Shown here piece by piece: positions 1-8,211 of a stretch of 14,382 bases of DNA. This DNA comes from Candidatus Sericytochromatia bacterium (GTDB lineage Bacteria > Cyanobacteriota > Sericytochromatia > S15B-MN24 > JAQBPE01): contig JAYKHR010000097.1 of assembly GCA_035285125.1 (NCBI GenBank), positions 1 to 14,382 of the forward strand. The letters are read 5' to 3'. The notes beneath the pieces were generated by a model that made no database searches, was not told the origin of the DNA, and saw nothing but the letters and a program-made list of their open reading frames with translations. The position numbers were made by a program, and so were the translations under genes. Numbering within the stretch: the stretch's first letter is position 1; every line of letters begins with the position of its first letter.

Positions 1-269
1 GCGTGGCGCTGCTCGGCGTGGTGCTGGTGGCCCAGCGCGAGGCCACGGCCGGCCGGGCGCTCGGCCTGCTGCTGGCCGAGCGCCTGCCGCGGGCGGGCCG
101 CTGGGTGCTCGGGCTGGGCTTCGGCTACGTGGCGCTGCACGTGCTCGGCGGGCTGCCGGTGGGCGGCGGCGGGGGCGAGGGCTTCCACTTCGACCGCGCC
201 TTCACGGCCCTCGTGGCCTGGTTCGGGCTGGCGGCCGCGCTGTTCCACGGCGGCTGGCGGGGGCGCTGA
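1..269 (+). CDS. 3' end of a hypothetical integral membrane protein (truncated by window edge)
   Basis: Open frame from the window edge to TGA at 267-269. Hydrophobic segments (WVLGLGFGYVALHVLGG; AFTALVAWFGLAAALF) and GC-rich third codon positions. Converges on the GT4 stop with a 2-nt gap. Confidence 0.65.
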   Translation, partial: VALLGVVLVAQREATAGRALGLLLAERLPRAGRWVLGLGFGYVALHVLGGLPVGGGGGEGFHFDRAFTALVAWFGLAAALFHGGWRGR

Positions 270-271
270 GC

Positions 272-1498
272 TCAGGCCCTGGCGAGCGGCCGGGGGCGGC
301 CGGCCCAGAGGTACTTGCCCATGCGCACGGGCAGCGTGAGGCCCCGCGGCAGCCCGTCGAGGAAGGCCTGCACGCGCTGTCGCACCCGCACGTCGGGGTG
401 CGCGGCCAGCCGCGCCTGCTCGTCGCGCGCGTAGGCGGCCCAGGCCAGGCGGGCCTGCTCGGCGAGGTCCTCCGGCGTGGGCCCCGGCGAGGCCGCGACG
501 CGCTCGAGGAGCTCGCGCCAGAAGGCCTGCGAGGCGGTGTCCCAGTCGGGCCAGGCCTCGGCGGTCTCGCGGGCGCCGGCCTTGAGGCGCCGCAGCAGGG
601 CCGGGTCGTCGCGCAGGCGTCGCACCGCCGCGACGACGCCGGCCTCGTCGTCCCGCGCCAGCACGAGCGCGTTGCGGTCGTGGGCGATGTACTCCTCGTG
701 GCCCGTCACGGCGTACACCACGGCCGTCCCGCCGCAGTGGAAGTGCTCCAGCGGCGGGCCGAACATCCCCTCGACGTAGCTGAGCTTCACGATCACGTCG
801 CAGGCCCGGTAGATCGCGGGCACGGCGTCGATCGGCGCGCGGGACCAGAGGCGCGAGACGCCCGGGTACCAGGGCAGGTCGGTGGCCGTGAGCAGCCACG
901 TCTCGTCGGGGCGGGCCTCGCGCACGAGGCTGAGCGTGCGCCCCAGGTTCTTGAACGGCACGCCGAAGGGGCCCTCGACGAGCACGCGCAGCTGCCCCTC
1001 GGGCAACGGCGGCGCAGCGGTTGGCCCATCCGGTCTGTAGAGGTCCTTGCGGATGCCGTTGCGGGCCAGGCCCACCTCCCAGCCGTGGTGGGCGCGCAGG
1101 TGGGCCTGGATCCAGGTGGCCTCGGTGATGCCGGGCAGGGCCAGGCCGTAGGTCGCCTCGACCAGCGCCCGCAGGGGCTGCTCCTCGGCCCCGTAGAACC
1201 AGGACTCGATCGACTGCACGAAGTAGGCGTGGCGCGTCGCCCGGAGCTGGGGGAGCGCCAGGGCCGTCTTCCACCAGGTGGCGATCGCGATGTCGAAGGG
1301 CAACTCGCCCACCTGCGCGAGCGGCACCAGCCGCAGCAGGCGACACGCCGGGTGCCAGGCGAGCATGCCGTCGTGGTACGGGAACATCGCCACGATCGTG
1401 ACGTCGTGGCCGGCGGCGTGGGCGGCGAGGGCGTGCTGGAGGATCACGTACGTGCCGCCGGAGATGTCCACCGAGCCGATGACGAAGGCGATCCTCAC
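272..1498 (-). CDS. Glycosyltransferase family 4 (GT-B, WsaF-like motifs), ~408 aa
   Basis: The real start is GTG at 1498, overlapping the upstream TGA (GTGA); the longer 790-aa ORF is a spurious extension. N-terminus RIAFVIGSVDISGGTYVI; ATWWKTA and YFVQSIE motifs; GT4 EX7E motif EGMFGPPLE; GHEEY...NAL C-terminal motif. Confidence 0.88.
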   Translation of the reverse strand: MRIAFVIGSVDISGGTYVILQHALAAHAAGHDVTIVAMFPYHDGMLAWHPACRLLRLVPLAQVGELPFDIAIATWWKTALALPQLRATRHAYFVQSIESWFYGAEEQPLRALVEATYGLALPGITEATWIQAHLRAHHGWEVGLARNGIRKDLYRPDGPTAAPPLPEGQLRVLVEGPFGVPFKNLGRTLSLVREARPDETWLLTATDLPWYPGVSRLWSRAPIDAVPAIYRACDVIVKLSYVEGMFGPPLEHFHCGGTAVVYAVTGHEEYIAHDRNALVLARDDEAGVVAAVRRLRDDPALLRRLKAGARETAEAWPDWDTASQAFWRELLERVAASPGPTPEDLAEQARLAWAAYARDEQARLAAHPDVRVRQRVQAFLDGLPRGLTLPVRMGKYLWAGRPRPLARA

Positions 1499-3528
1499 AG
1501 CCCCGCCCTCCGGCGCAGCGCCCGCGCGTACACGGCGGCCAGCGCGCGGCCCCCGCGGGCGCGGATGGTCAGGTACGGCCAGAACCCGAGCTCGCCGGGG
1601 CGCCGCGCCGTCAGCAGCCACCACGCGAAGGCGAGCTGCTCGCGCCAGCCCGGGGGGGCCGCTGTGTCGCTGAAGGTCGAGCGGCCGAACACGCCGAAGT
1701 TCTCGAGGTGCCACACGCCCGAGAACCAGCCAAGCTCCGCCGGGCTCGGGGCCAGCACCATGCGCGCATGGCGGCGCGCAGCCTCGTGAAGCAGGCGCTC
1801 GGGGGCGTAAGGCAGCCGCACCAGCGCGGCGTCGATCGCCGCAAATCGGGCCTCGAGCCGCCGCTGCGCGGGCGCGATGTGGGCGTGGAACAGCGGTGCC
1901 TCCTCGAAGGCGTCGCGCACGGGCACGCCGAGGCCCGCGGCGTCGAAGGCGTGGTGGTGGGTGGAGCCGTGGTCGGCCGCGAGCACCACCTCGAAGAGCG
2001 AGCGGTTCTGGTCGAAGGCGGCGGCGTGGGGCGTGGGCGCCCCGACGGTGTCGAAGAGCACGCCGTGCTTCCGGCTCGTGGGGCTCGCCGCGCCTGTCGC
2101 CACGAGTCCGAGGTAGTAGCCCTCGACCTCGCGCACGCCGGCGTCGGGGCGCTGGGCGAGCAGCGCGGCCAGGTGGTCCTGGATGGTGCCCTTCCAGCCC
2201 ACGTCCACCACCGCCAGCCGGTCGCGCCCCCCGAGCCACGGCAGGCGCCGCAGGATGTCGAGCAGCGCGTCCTGCCGCGTCCGGCGCTCGTGGGCGTAGG
2301 CCGCGGTGAAGGTGGGGTGCGCGCGCAGGGCGGCGAAGGCCTCGCTCGTCGGCCAGTCGGCCTCCTCTTCGCCGAGGTTTCGCCCGAGCGCGGCTGCCAG
2401 TGGCGCCTCGAGGTGCTCCAGCCCCAGGCTGCGCAGGAAGGCCGCGCCCGACATCCGCCGGTACTGCCGGAACAGCGTCTCGAACGTCTCGGCCTCGAGC
2501 GGCCCGAGCGACGGCAGGAAGGTGGCGCGCCGGGAGACCTCCAGGTAGTGCGTGCGGATGGCAAGGGCGGGCGTCGGCGCCCGGCGGGCCTGGTAGGCGT
2601 CGAAGAGCCGCTGCAGCAGCTGGCCCTCGCGCGCGAGGAAGCACACGTCCCGCACGCCGGCTCGCAGCAGGGCGTCGTGCAGCCGCTCCGTGAAGGCGAA
2701 GAGCGTGAGCGCGAGCTCGGGGAACGGCTCGGGCTCGCCCCTGGTCGCCAGCAGCCCGTCGAGCGCCCGCGCCAGGTGGCCGGGGTCGCCGGCCTCGCGG
2801 CGCCAGGCCTCGTAGGTGGCCCCCCGGGGGGCGCGGTCCAGGTGGTGGGCCGCCAGCCCGTGGGCCCTCGCCTGGGCCACGTCGGCCTCCGCGTTGTCGC
2901 CGACCATCAGCACGCGGCTCGGCGGTGCCCCGAGGCGCTCAAGCACGAGGGGGTACTGGCGTCCCGAGCGCTTCGTGCGCAGGGTGTCGGCCGACACCAC
3001 CACGTGGTCGAAGTGGGCGGCCAGCCCGTGGTGCGCCAGCAGCCGACGCAGGTGGCCTTCAGGCAGGTAGAAGTCGCTCACGAGGCAGCGCCCCAGGCCG
3101 GCCTCCCGCGCCCGCTCCAGCAACGCCACCGCGTCCGGCTCCGGCAGCTGCAGGGCGCACTCCGTCGCCACCTCCAGCTCCAACCCCAGTGTCACGAAGG
3201 CCTCGCGCCCCGGGCGGTCTGCTGCCGGCAGGGCCTCCCAGAGGGCCCCCAGGACCTCGGGCAGCGCGGCCTCGGCGTCATGGCCCGCGGCCACGTTGGC
3301 CTCGCCGAGCCGCTGCTCCAGGGCGGCCCGCGCCGCGTAGAGCTGCGCCCCGCCGAGCGCGGGGGCCGCCAGCCGGGCGAGCCGCTCGCAGACGAGCCGC
3401 TTCACGTCCTCCGGGTGCACCCGGCGGGAGACCAGCGTGTCGAACATGTCGAGGCAGAGCCAGTCGTGGGCGCCCGGCTCCAGGGCCGCGAGGGCGGGGG
3501 GGAGCAGACCATCGGCCACGTGGGTCAC
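1495..3528 (-). CDS. HAD-phosphatase / glycan phosphoribosyltransferase two-domain protein (probable ribofuranosyltransferase), 677 aa
   Basis: HAD motif I variant LDMFDTL, motif II LVSD, motif III K (RTKRSG) and motif IV MVGDNAEADV. C-terminal half has FLAREG, VSRRA and a PRPP-binding-loop-like AVVDVGWKGTIQ. GTGA overlaps at both ends, inside a wzm/wzt operon. Confidence 0.8.
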   Translation of the reverse strand: MTHVADGLLPPALAALEPGAHDWLCLDMFDTLVSRRVHPEDVKRLVCERLARLAAPALGGAQLYAARAALEQRLGEANVAAGHDAEAALPEVLGALWEALPAADRPGREAFVTLGLELEVATECALQLPEPDAVALLERAREAGLGRCLVSDFYLPEGHLRRLLAHHGLAAHFDHVVVSADTLRTKRSGRQYPLVLERLGAPPSRVLMVGDNAEADVAQARAHGLAAHHLDRAPRGATYEAWRREAGDPGHLARALDGLLATRGEPEPFPELALTLFAFTERLHDALLRAGVRDVCFLAREGQLLQRLFDAYQARRAPTPALAIRTHYLEVSRRATFLPSLGPLEAETFETLFRQYRRMSGAAFLRSLGLEHLEAPLAAALGRNLGEEEADWPTSEAFAALRAHPTFTAAYAHERRTRQDALLDILRRLPWLGGRDRLAVVDVGWKGTIQDHLAALLAQRPDAGVREVEGYYLGLVATGAASPTSRKHGVLFDTVGAPTPHAAAFDQNRSLFEVVLAADHGSTHHHAFDAAGLGVPVRDAFEEAPLFHAHIAPAQRRLEARFAAIDAALVRLPYAPERLLHEAARRHARMVLAPSPAELGWFSGVWHLENFGVFGRSTFSDTAAPPGWREQLAFAWWLLTARRPGELGFWPYLTIRARGGRALAAVYARALRRRAGL

Positions 3529-4502
3529 GGCGCAGCCTCCCGCGCCGCGAGGGCGGCGTCGCGCTCGGCGATCAGGGCCTCCATGTGCTGCATCACGGCC
3601 CAGCGCTCCTCGAGCAGGCGGGCCTGGCCCGCGAGGGCGGCGTCGCGGTCGGCGATCATGGCCTCCATCCGCTGCATCACGGCCCAGCGCTCCTCGAGCA
3701 GGCGGGCCTGGCCCGCGAGGGCGGTGTCGCGGTCGGCGACCATGGCCTCCATGCGCTGCATCACGGCCCAGCGCTCGGCCAGCTGGGCGTCCCTGTCGGC
3801 CAGCTGGCGGGCGAACAGCCGCGCCTCGGCCCGGTGGCGGTAGAGCGAGAGCCAGGGCGTGGCGCCAGCCTCCTGCAGGGCGCGCAGCCAGCGGTCGCCG
3901 CGCGGGAAGAGCACGCCGAGCCCAAAGCTGTGCGCGAGGAACTCCAGGTGCGGGTGGTGCGCCTTCAGCGACGCCCAGAACGTGGCCGAGCCGTAGCCCG
4001 TGTCGGGGGCCACGTCGTGGAAGAACACCACGCCGTCGGGGGCTACCGCGTCACGCCAGCCCTCGTAGTCCGCCGTCACGGCCTCCAGCGTGTGCAGCCC
4101 GTCGATGTGCAGCACATCGACGCTGCCGGGCGCGAAGGCCGGGCGGGCGGCCGCGAAGGTCTCCCGGCGCAGCTGCAGCGGCACCTCGGGGAAGCAGGTG
4201 GCCACGGTGCGCGTCACGAGCGCGTGGACCGAGTCGTCGTAGCGGCCCGCGTGGTCGTCGCCCTCCCACGTGTCGATGGCCACGAGCTCCGTCGGCAGCC
4301 CGAGGTCCTTCACCGCCTGGGCGAAGGCGAACAGCGAGCAGCCGTAGTGCGTGCCGAGCTCCACCACCCGCCGGGGCCGCATGAAGGCCAGCCAGTCGTA
4401 GGCGAAGCCGCGGTGGCCACTCCACGGGGACACGGCCAGCGCCGGGTTGAGGCCGTCGGCCTCGAAGGTCGGGTCGTGAAGCTGCCACGTCGGGGGCGTC
4501 AT
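3525..4502 (-). CDS. Class I SAM-dependent methyltransferase (Methyltransf_24-like) with C-terminal coiled-coil repeats; probable glycan chain terminator, 325 aa
   Basis: ATG at 4502 overlaps the wzt stop (ATGA). Motifs VVELGTHYGCS, AIDTWEGD, LHIDGLHT, GVVFFHD. C-terminus has about three copies of a 28-aa helical repeat. Confidence 0.85.
   Translation of the reverse strand: MTPPTWQLHDPTFEADGLNPALAVSPWSGHRGFAYDWLAFMRPRRVVELGTHYGCSLFAFAQAVKDLGLPTELVAIDTWEGDDHAGRYDDSVHALVTRTVATCFPEVPLQLRRETFAAARPAFAPGSVDVLHIDGLHTLEAVTADYEGWRDAVAPDGVVFFHDVAPDTGYGSATFWASLKAHHPHLEFLAHSFGLGVLFPRGDRWLRALQEAGATPWLSLYRHRAEARLFARQLADRDAQLAERWAVMQRMEAMVADRDTALAGQARLLEERWAVMQRMEAMIADRDAALAGQARLLEERWAVMQHMEALIAERDAALAAREAAP
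3546..3776. repeat. 84-bp intragenic tandem repeat (~2.75 copies) encoding ERWAVMQRMEAM(V/I)ADRD(T/A)ALAGQARLLE
   Basis: gcgagggcgg(c/t)gtcgcg recurs at 3547, 3631 and 3715 (period 84), and tgcatcacggcccagcgctc also recurs three times. A degenerate part-copy extends to ~3800. Confidence 0.92.
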
Positions 4503-5770
4503 GGGGGGCCTCCGATGGCCTCGAGGGGGTGGAGCGGCACGTTGAAGAGGCCGTGCATCGGCACCGCGTGCCCATGCTCGAGCACCACCACGTTGTGGGC
4601 CCAGCACTGGATCTCATGGAGGTGGGGGTCGTGCCCGTCACCGAGCCCGAAGGTCAGCCCGTAGCGCTCCGGCGCGAGGGTGGGCCACGTGAGGGTGCCT
4701 CCGAGTTCGTGCAGGCCGGGGCCGAGCGGCGGCATGGCCGGCCGCCAGCGCGCCGAGTTCTCCCCGAAGATCACGGTGCCGAAGCGGTCCTGCACCTGAT
4801 AGCCGAGGATGGGGGCCGCCAGCCGCTCCTCGACGCGCACGCGCACGCGCCACGCCACCCGCTGGCCGGGCCTGACGAGGCGGGCCGTGGCGTCGCCGTC
4901 GACGGCGACGGTGCAGGCCTCGATGCGGGCGCCGAGCCGGCCGCTGAGCCGCTCGGGGGCGACGGGCTCCCAGCTGGCCTCGGGGGTCACCGCAGCCAGC
5001 CCGGGCGCCGGCTCGGGGGCCGTGGGGGGGGCCTGCCCGGCCCGGCAGAGCTGCTGGTAGCAGGTGAGCGCCTCGGCCGGATCCCCGACGAACGCCAGGC
5101 GCCCCTGCTCGAGCACCACCGCGCGCGTCGCCAGGCGCGAGACGGCGGCGAGGTCGTGCGTCACGAGCAGCTTGGTGACGTGGGCGAGGTCCTCCTGCAG
5201 CACCCGGTTGCACTTCTGCTGGAAGGGGAAGTCGCCCACTGCGAGCGCCTCGTCGATGATCAGGACCTCGGGGTCCGTGTGGATGGCGACGGCGAAGGCG
5301 AGCCGCACGTACATCCCGCTGGAGTAGGTCCGCACGGGCTGCTCGAGGAAGGGCCCGAGGTCGGCGAAGGCGGCGATGGCGTCGAAGCGCTCCGCGAGCG
5401 CCTCCCGGCTCAGCCCGAGGATCGTGCCGTTGAGCAGGACGTTCTCGCGCCCCGTGAACTCGGGGTTGAAGCCGGCCCCGAGCTCCAGCAAGGCGGCCAC
5501 CCGGCCGCGCACGCGCGCCTCGCCCTCGCTCGGCGTGAGCGTGCCCGTCAACAGCTGCAGCAGCGTGCTCTTGCCGCTGCCGTTGCGCCCGATCACGGCG
5601 AGCGTCTCGCCCGGCTGCACCGCGAGGCTGACGTCCCGCAGGGCCCAGAAGTCGCGGTGCAGCTTGCGCCGACGCCCCCAGAAGGCCTGCGCGAGGCGGT
5701 CTTGCGGCCGGTCGTAGATGGCGTAGCACTTGCCGAGCCCGCGCGCCTCGATCACGGGCTCACATGACAT
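4499..5770 (-). CDS. wzt: Polysaccharide ABC exporter ATP-binding subunit with C-terminal Wzt_C (carbohydrate-binding module-like) domain, 423 aa
   Basis: FWALRDVS, Walker A GRNGSGKST, family motif LLELGAGFNPEFTGREN, signature TYSSGMYVRLAF, Walker B LIIDEALAVGD and H-loop VTHD. A ~170-aa beta-rich C-terminal extension (ILGYQVQDRFGTVIFGEN) follows. Confidence 0.93.
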   Translation of the reverse strand: MSCEPVIEARGLGKCYAIYDRPQDRLAQAFWGRRRKLHRDFWALRDVSLAVQPGETLAVIGRNGSGKSTLLQLLTGTLTPSEGEARVRGRVAALLELGAGFNPEFTGRENVLLNGTILGLSREALAERFDAIAAFADLGPFLEQPVRTYSSGMYVRLAFAVAIHTDPEVLIIDEALAVGDFPFQQKCNRVLQEDLAHVTKLLVTHDLAAVSRLATRAVVLEQGRLAFVGDPAEALTCYQQLCRAGQAPPTAPEPAPGLAAVTPEASWEPVAPERLSGRLGARIEACTVAVDGDATARLVRPGQRVAWRVRVRVEERLAAPILGYQVQDRFGTVIFGENSARWRPAMPPLGPGLHELGGTLTWPTLAPERYGLTFGLGDGHDPHLHEIQCWAHNVVVLEHGHAVPMHGLFNVPLHPLEAIGGPP

Positions 5771-6569
5771 CGGCGAACCCCTGCCGGCAGGCCTCGAAGA
5801 AGGCGTGCGCCAGCCAGGCCGCCACGGCCGTGCCCCCCCACAGGGCGAGGACGGGGCCGGCGGCGGGCACCTCGTTCCACAGCACGACCTGCCGCACGGC
5901 CTCGATCAGGGCCGTGAGCGGGTTGAGCCAGAGCCACCCCTGGTAGGCGGGCGGCAGCGCCGAGGCCGGGTAGAACACGGGCGAGAGGAACATCAGCACC
6001 GTCGTCGCGAGCCCCACGGACTGCCCCACGTCGCGCACGAACACGCCGAGCGCGCCGAACAGCCACCCCGCCGCCAGCGCGAGCAGGGCCAGCGGCCCCA
6101 TCAGGGCGGGCAGCAGCACGAGCGCCGGCGGCAGCCCCCCGCCCGTCAGCGCCCGGAAGGCCAGCAGCACCGCCAGGCCCACGCCGGCGTGGAACAGCGC
6201 GGCCCCCAGGCTCACCCAGGGCAGCACCTCGAGCGGGAAGACCACCTTCTTGACCAGGTTGGGTTGGGCCACGACGAGCCCCGGCGCGCGCTGCAGGCAC
6301 TCGGCGAACACGCCGAACGTGAGCATCCCGCAGAACAGCACGGCCGCGAAGGCCCCCCTGTCGTCGAGGGCGAGGCCAGGCCAGCGGGCCTGGAACACCA
6401 CGCCGAACACGAAGGTGTAGACGGCGAGTAGCAACAGCGGGTGCATCAGCGCCCAGGCCGCACCGAGCCACGAGCCCCGGTAGCGGCCCTCGATCTCCCG
6501 GCGGGTCAGCTGGGCGATCAGGTGGCGGTGGCGCCAGGCGGCACGGAGGGGGGCAAGGGGGGAAGGCAC
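5760..6569 (-). CDS. wzm: Polysaccharide ABC exporter permease (ABC-2 type), ~269 aa
   Basis: RREIEGRYRGSWLGAAWALMHPL, NLVKKVVFPLE, FLSPVFYP, LNPLTALIEAVR and FADVM C-terminus; multiple TM helices; overlaps the wzt start by 11 nt. Start chosen as GTG 6569; GTG 6608 is also in frame. Confidence 0.92.
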   Translation of the reverse strand: MPSPLAPLRAAWRHRHLIAQLTRREIEGRYRGSWLGAAWALMHPLLLLAVYTFVFGVVFQARWPGLALDDRGAFAAVLFCGMLTFGVFAECLQRAPGLVVAQPNLVKKVVFPLEVLPWVSLGAALFHAGVGLAVLLAFRALTGGGLPPALVLLPALMGPLALLALAAGWLFGALGVFVRDVGQSVGLATTVLMFLSPVFYPASALPPAYQGWLWLNPLTALIEAVRQVVLWNEVPAAGPVLALWGGTAVAAWLAHAFFEACRQGFADVM

Positions 6570-6680
6570 GGGGCGTCGGGCGGCAAGGAGGGCGCCCCAA
6601 GATGACACGGGTGCGGCCCGGGCATCAAGGGGCCAGCCTCCCCCTTGATGCCCGGGCCCGCCTCCCGCATGATCCGCGCT

Positions 6681-8099
6681 ATGGTCCAGGGCCCCGTGAT
6701 CGCCATCGTCGGCGTCGGCTTCTCCGGTGCTGCCACTGCCGTCCAGCTGCTGCGCGGGCTTGGCGGCGGTGTGGCGTGCGAGCTCCACCTGATCGAGCAA
6801 GGAGAGGGCCTCGGGCGCGGCGTGGCCTACGGCACGCGGGACCCGGGCCACCTGCTAAACGTCCCGGCGGGCGAGATGAGCCTCCTGCCGGAGGAGCCCG
6901 ACCACCTGCTGCGCTGGCTCGCCGGGGCTGGCCAGCCGGCGGAGGCCGGGGCCTTCTTGCCGCGGGGGATGTATGGCGACTACGTGGCGGCCACGCTGGC
7001 GGCGGCGATCGCGGCGGCCCCCCCGGGCGTGCGCGTCGTGCGCCAGGCCGAGGCCGCCATCGGCTGCCTCCCGGCGGGCCCCCGCCACGTGCTGCGGCTG
7101 GCCTCCGGGACGACGCTGGAGGCCGACGCCGTCGTGCTGGCCTGGGGGCTGGCCCCGCCTGCGCCGCTGGGCTGGTCGCTGCCCGCCGGGCCGCCCCCGC
7201 CGTGGCTGGTGCTGGCCCCGTGGCGGCCCGAGGCCCTGGCCCCGCTGCCGGCCGACGTCGAGGTGCTGCTCGTCGGCACGGGCCTCACGGCCGTGGACCT
7301 GGCGCTCTCGCTGCTCGACCTGGGCGCGCGGACCGTGCACCTCGTCTCGCGGCGGGGGCGCCTGCCCGTCGCGCGGGAGGAGGTCGCGCCGTACCCCGCC
7401 TGGCTCCCGCCAGCCTCGGCCCCTCGGCGCGTCTCAGGCCTGATGCGGCTCGTGCGGGCGGAGGTGCGGGCCGCCGCGGCCGCGGGCCACCCCTGGCAGG
7501 CGGTGCTCGAGGCCCTGCGGCCCACCGTGCCGGCGCTGTGGGAGGCGCTGCCCTGGGTGGAGCGCCGGCGCTTCCTGCGACACGCCAGGCCGGCGTGGGA
7601 GGCGCACCGACAGCTGCTGCCGCCCCCGACGGCCGAGCGCCTGCGCGCGGCCCTGGTGGCGGGGCGTCTGCACGTGCGGGCGGGGCGGGTGCGGGCCCTG
7701 GAGGTGGCCCCTGGTGGCGCGACCGCCCACCTCCGGTGCGCGGACGGTGGCGAGGAGGCCCTCGCCGTGGCCCGGGTCGTCGTCTGCACGGGGCCGGAAG
7801 ACAACTACAGGCGGGTGCGGGAGCCCCTGGCCCAGTCCCTGATCGGGGCCGGGCTGGCGCGGCCCGACGCCCTGAGGCTCGGGCTCGACGTCGGCCCCGA
7901 GGGCCTGTTGCGGGACGAGGACGGCGCGCCGCGCCCGGGCCTGTGGGCCGTGGGCGCGGCGCGCAAGGGGGCGCAGTGGGAGGCCACGGCCGTGCGCGAG
8001 CTGCGGGTGCAGGCCGCGCAGGTTGCGGCTGGGCTGCGCCTCGCCCTGCGGCTCAGCCCGGATGCCTCACAGGGGCCAGCTGCGGCACCACGGCCGTGA
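6681..8099 (+). CDS. FAD/NAD(P)-binding oxidoreductase (NAD_binding_9 / COG4529-like), ~472 aa
   Basis: Rossmann motif IAIVGVGFSG, family motifs GRGVAYGT, HLLNVPA, PRGMYGDY, a second dinucleotide motif VGTGLTAVD, SRRG, VVCTG and WEATAVRELR. Start uncertain (ATG 6669 or 6681). Confidence 0.85.
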   Translation: MVQGPVIAIVGVGFSGAATAVQLLRGLGGGVACELHLIEQGEGLGRGVAYGTRDPGHLLNVPAGEMSLLPEEPDHLLRWLAGAGQPAEAGAFLPRGMYGDYVAATLAAAIAAAPPGVRVVRQAEAAIGCLPAGPRHVLRLASGTTLEADAVVLAWGLAPPAPLGWSLPAGPPPPWLVLAPWRPEALAPLPADVEVLLVGTGLTAVDLALSLLDLGARTVHLVSRRGRLPVAREEVAPYPAWLPPASAPRRVSGLMRLVRAEVRAAAAAGHPWQAVLEALRPTVPALWEALPWVERRRFLRHARPAWEAHRQLLPPPTAERLRAALVAGRLHVRAGRVRALEVAPGGATAHLRCADGGEEALAVARVVVCTGPEDNYRRVREPLAQSLIGAGLARPDALRLGLDVGPEGLLRDEDGAPRPGLWAVGAARKGAQWEATAVRELRVQAAQVAAGLRLALRLSPDASQGPAAAPRP

Positions 8100-8211
8100 G
8101 CTCGGCGACGTCGAGGGCGAGCAGGTAGGCCTCGCGCTCGGTCGCCGGGTCGGGCCGGGGGGTGTCGAGGGTGGTCGTGGGCACTTGGGGCATGGCGATG
8201 TCAGTGGTCAT
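8053..8211 (-). CDS. Small hypothetical protein, 52 aa (MTTDIAMPQVPTTTLDTPRPDPATEREAYLLALDVAELTAVVPQLAPVRHPG)
   Basis: Perfect Shine-Dalgarno AGGAGG 7 nt before ATG 8211 and a possible -10 TATGGT at 8254-8249. GC-rich third positions. The 3' end overlaps the oxidoreductase 3' end by 47 nt. Confidence 0.55.
   Translation of the reverse strand: MTTDIAMPQVPTTTLDTPRPDPATEREAYLLALDVAELTAVVPQLAPVRHPG

Noticed and set aside
1499..2644. N-terminal 382 aa of the 790-aa ORF, suggesting a large fusion protein
   Set aside because: Arg/Pro/Ala-rich off-frame read-through of the HAD/PRT gene; the real GT4 start is the coupled GTG at 1498.
3546..3776. Repeats as a possible CRISPR array
   Set aside because: Contiguous 84-bp units without unique spacers, in frame within a CDS, and no cas genes.
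398..5767. Long plus-strand ORFs (398-1789, 1708-3843, 2925-4664, 4529-5767)
   Set aside because: Antisense shadows of the real minus-strand operon, expected in high-GC DNA with few stop codons; no motifs.
272..6569. Recent horizontal acquisition of the polysaccharide operon
   Set aside because: Base composition looks the same as the flanks by eye, and no IS, integrase or flanking direct repeats were found.
8053..8211. Small ORF as a RiPP precursor modified by the adjacent flavoprotein
   Set aside because: Convergent orientation, no Cys or recognisable leader/core motif, and no RiPP maturation or transport genes.
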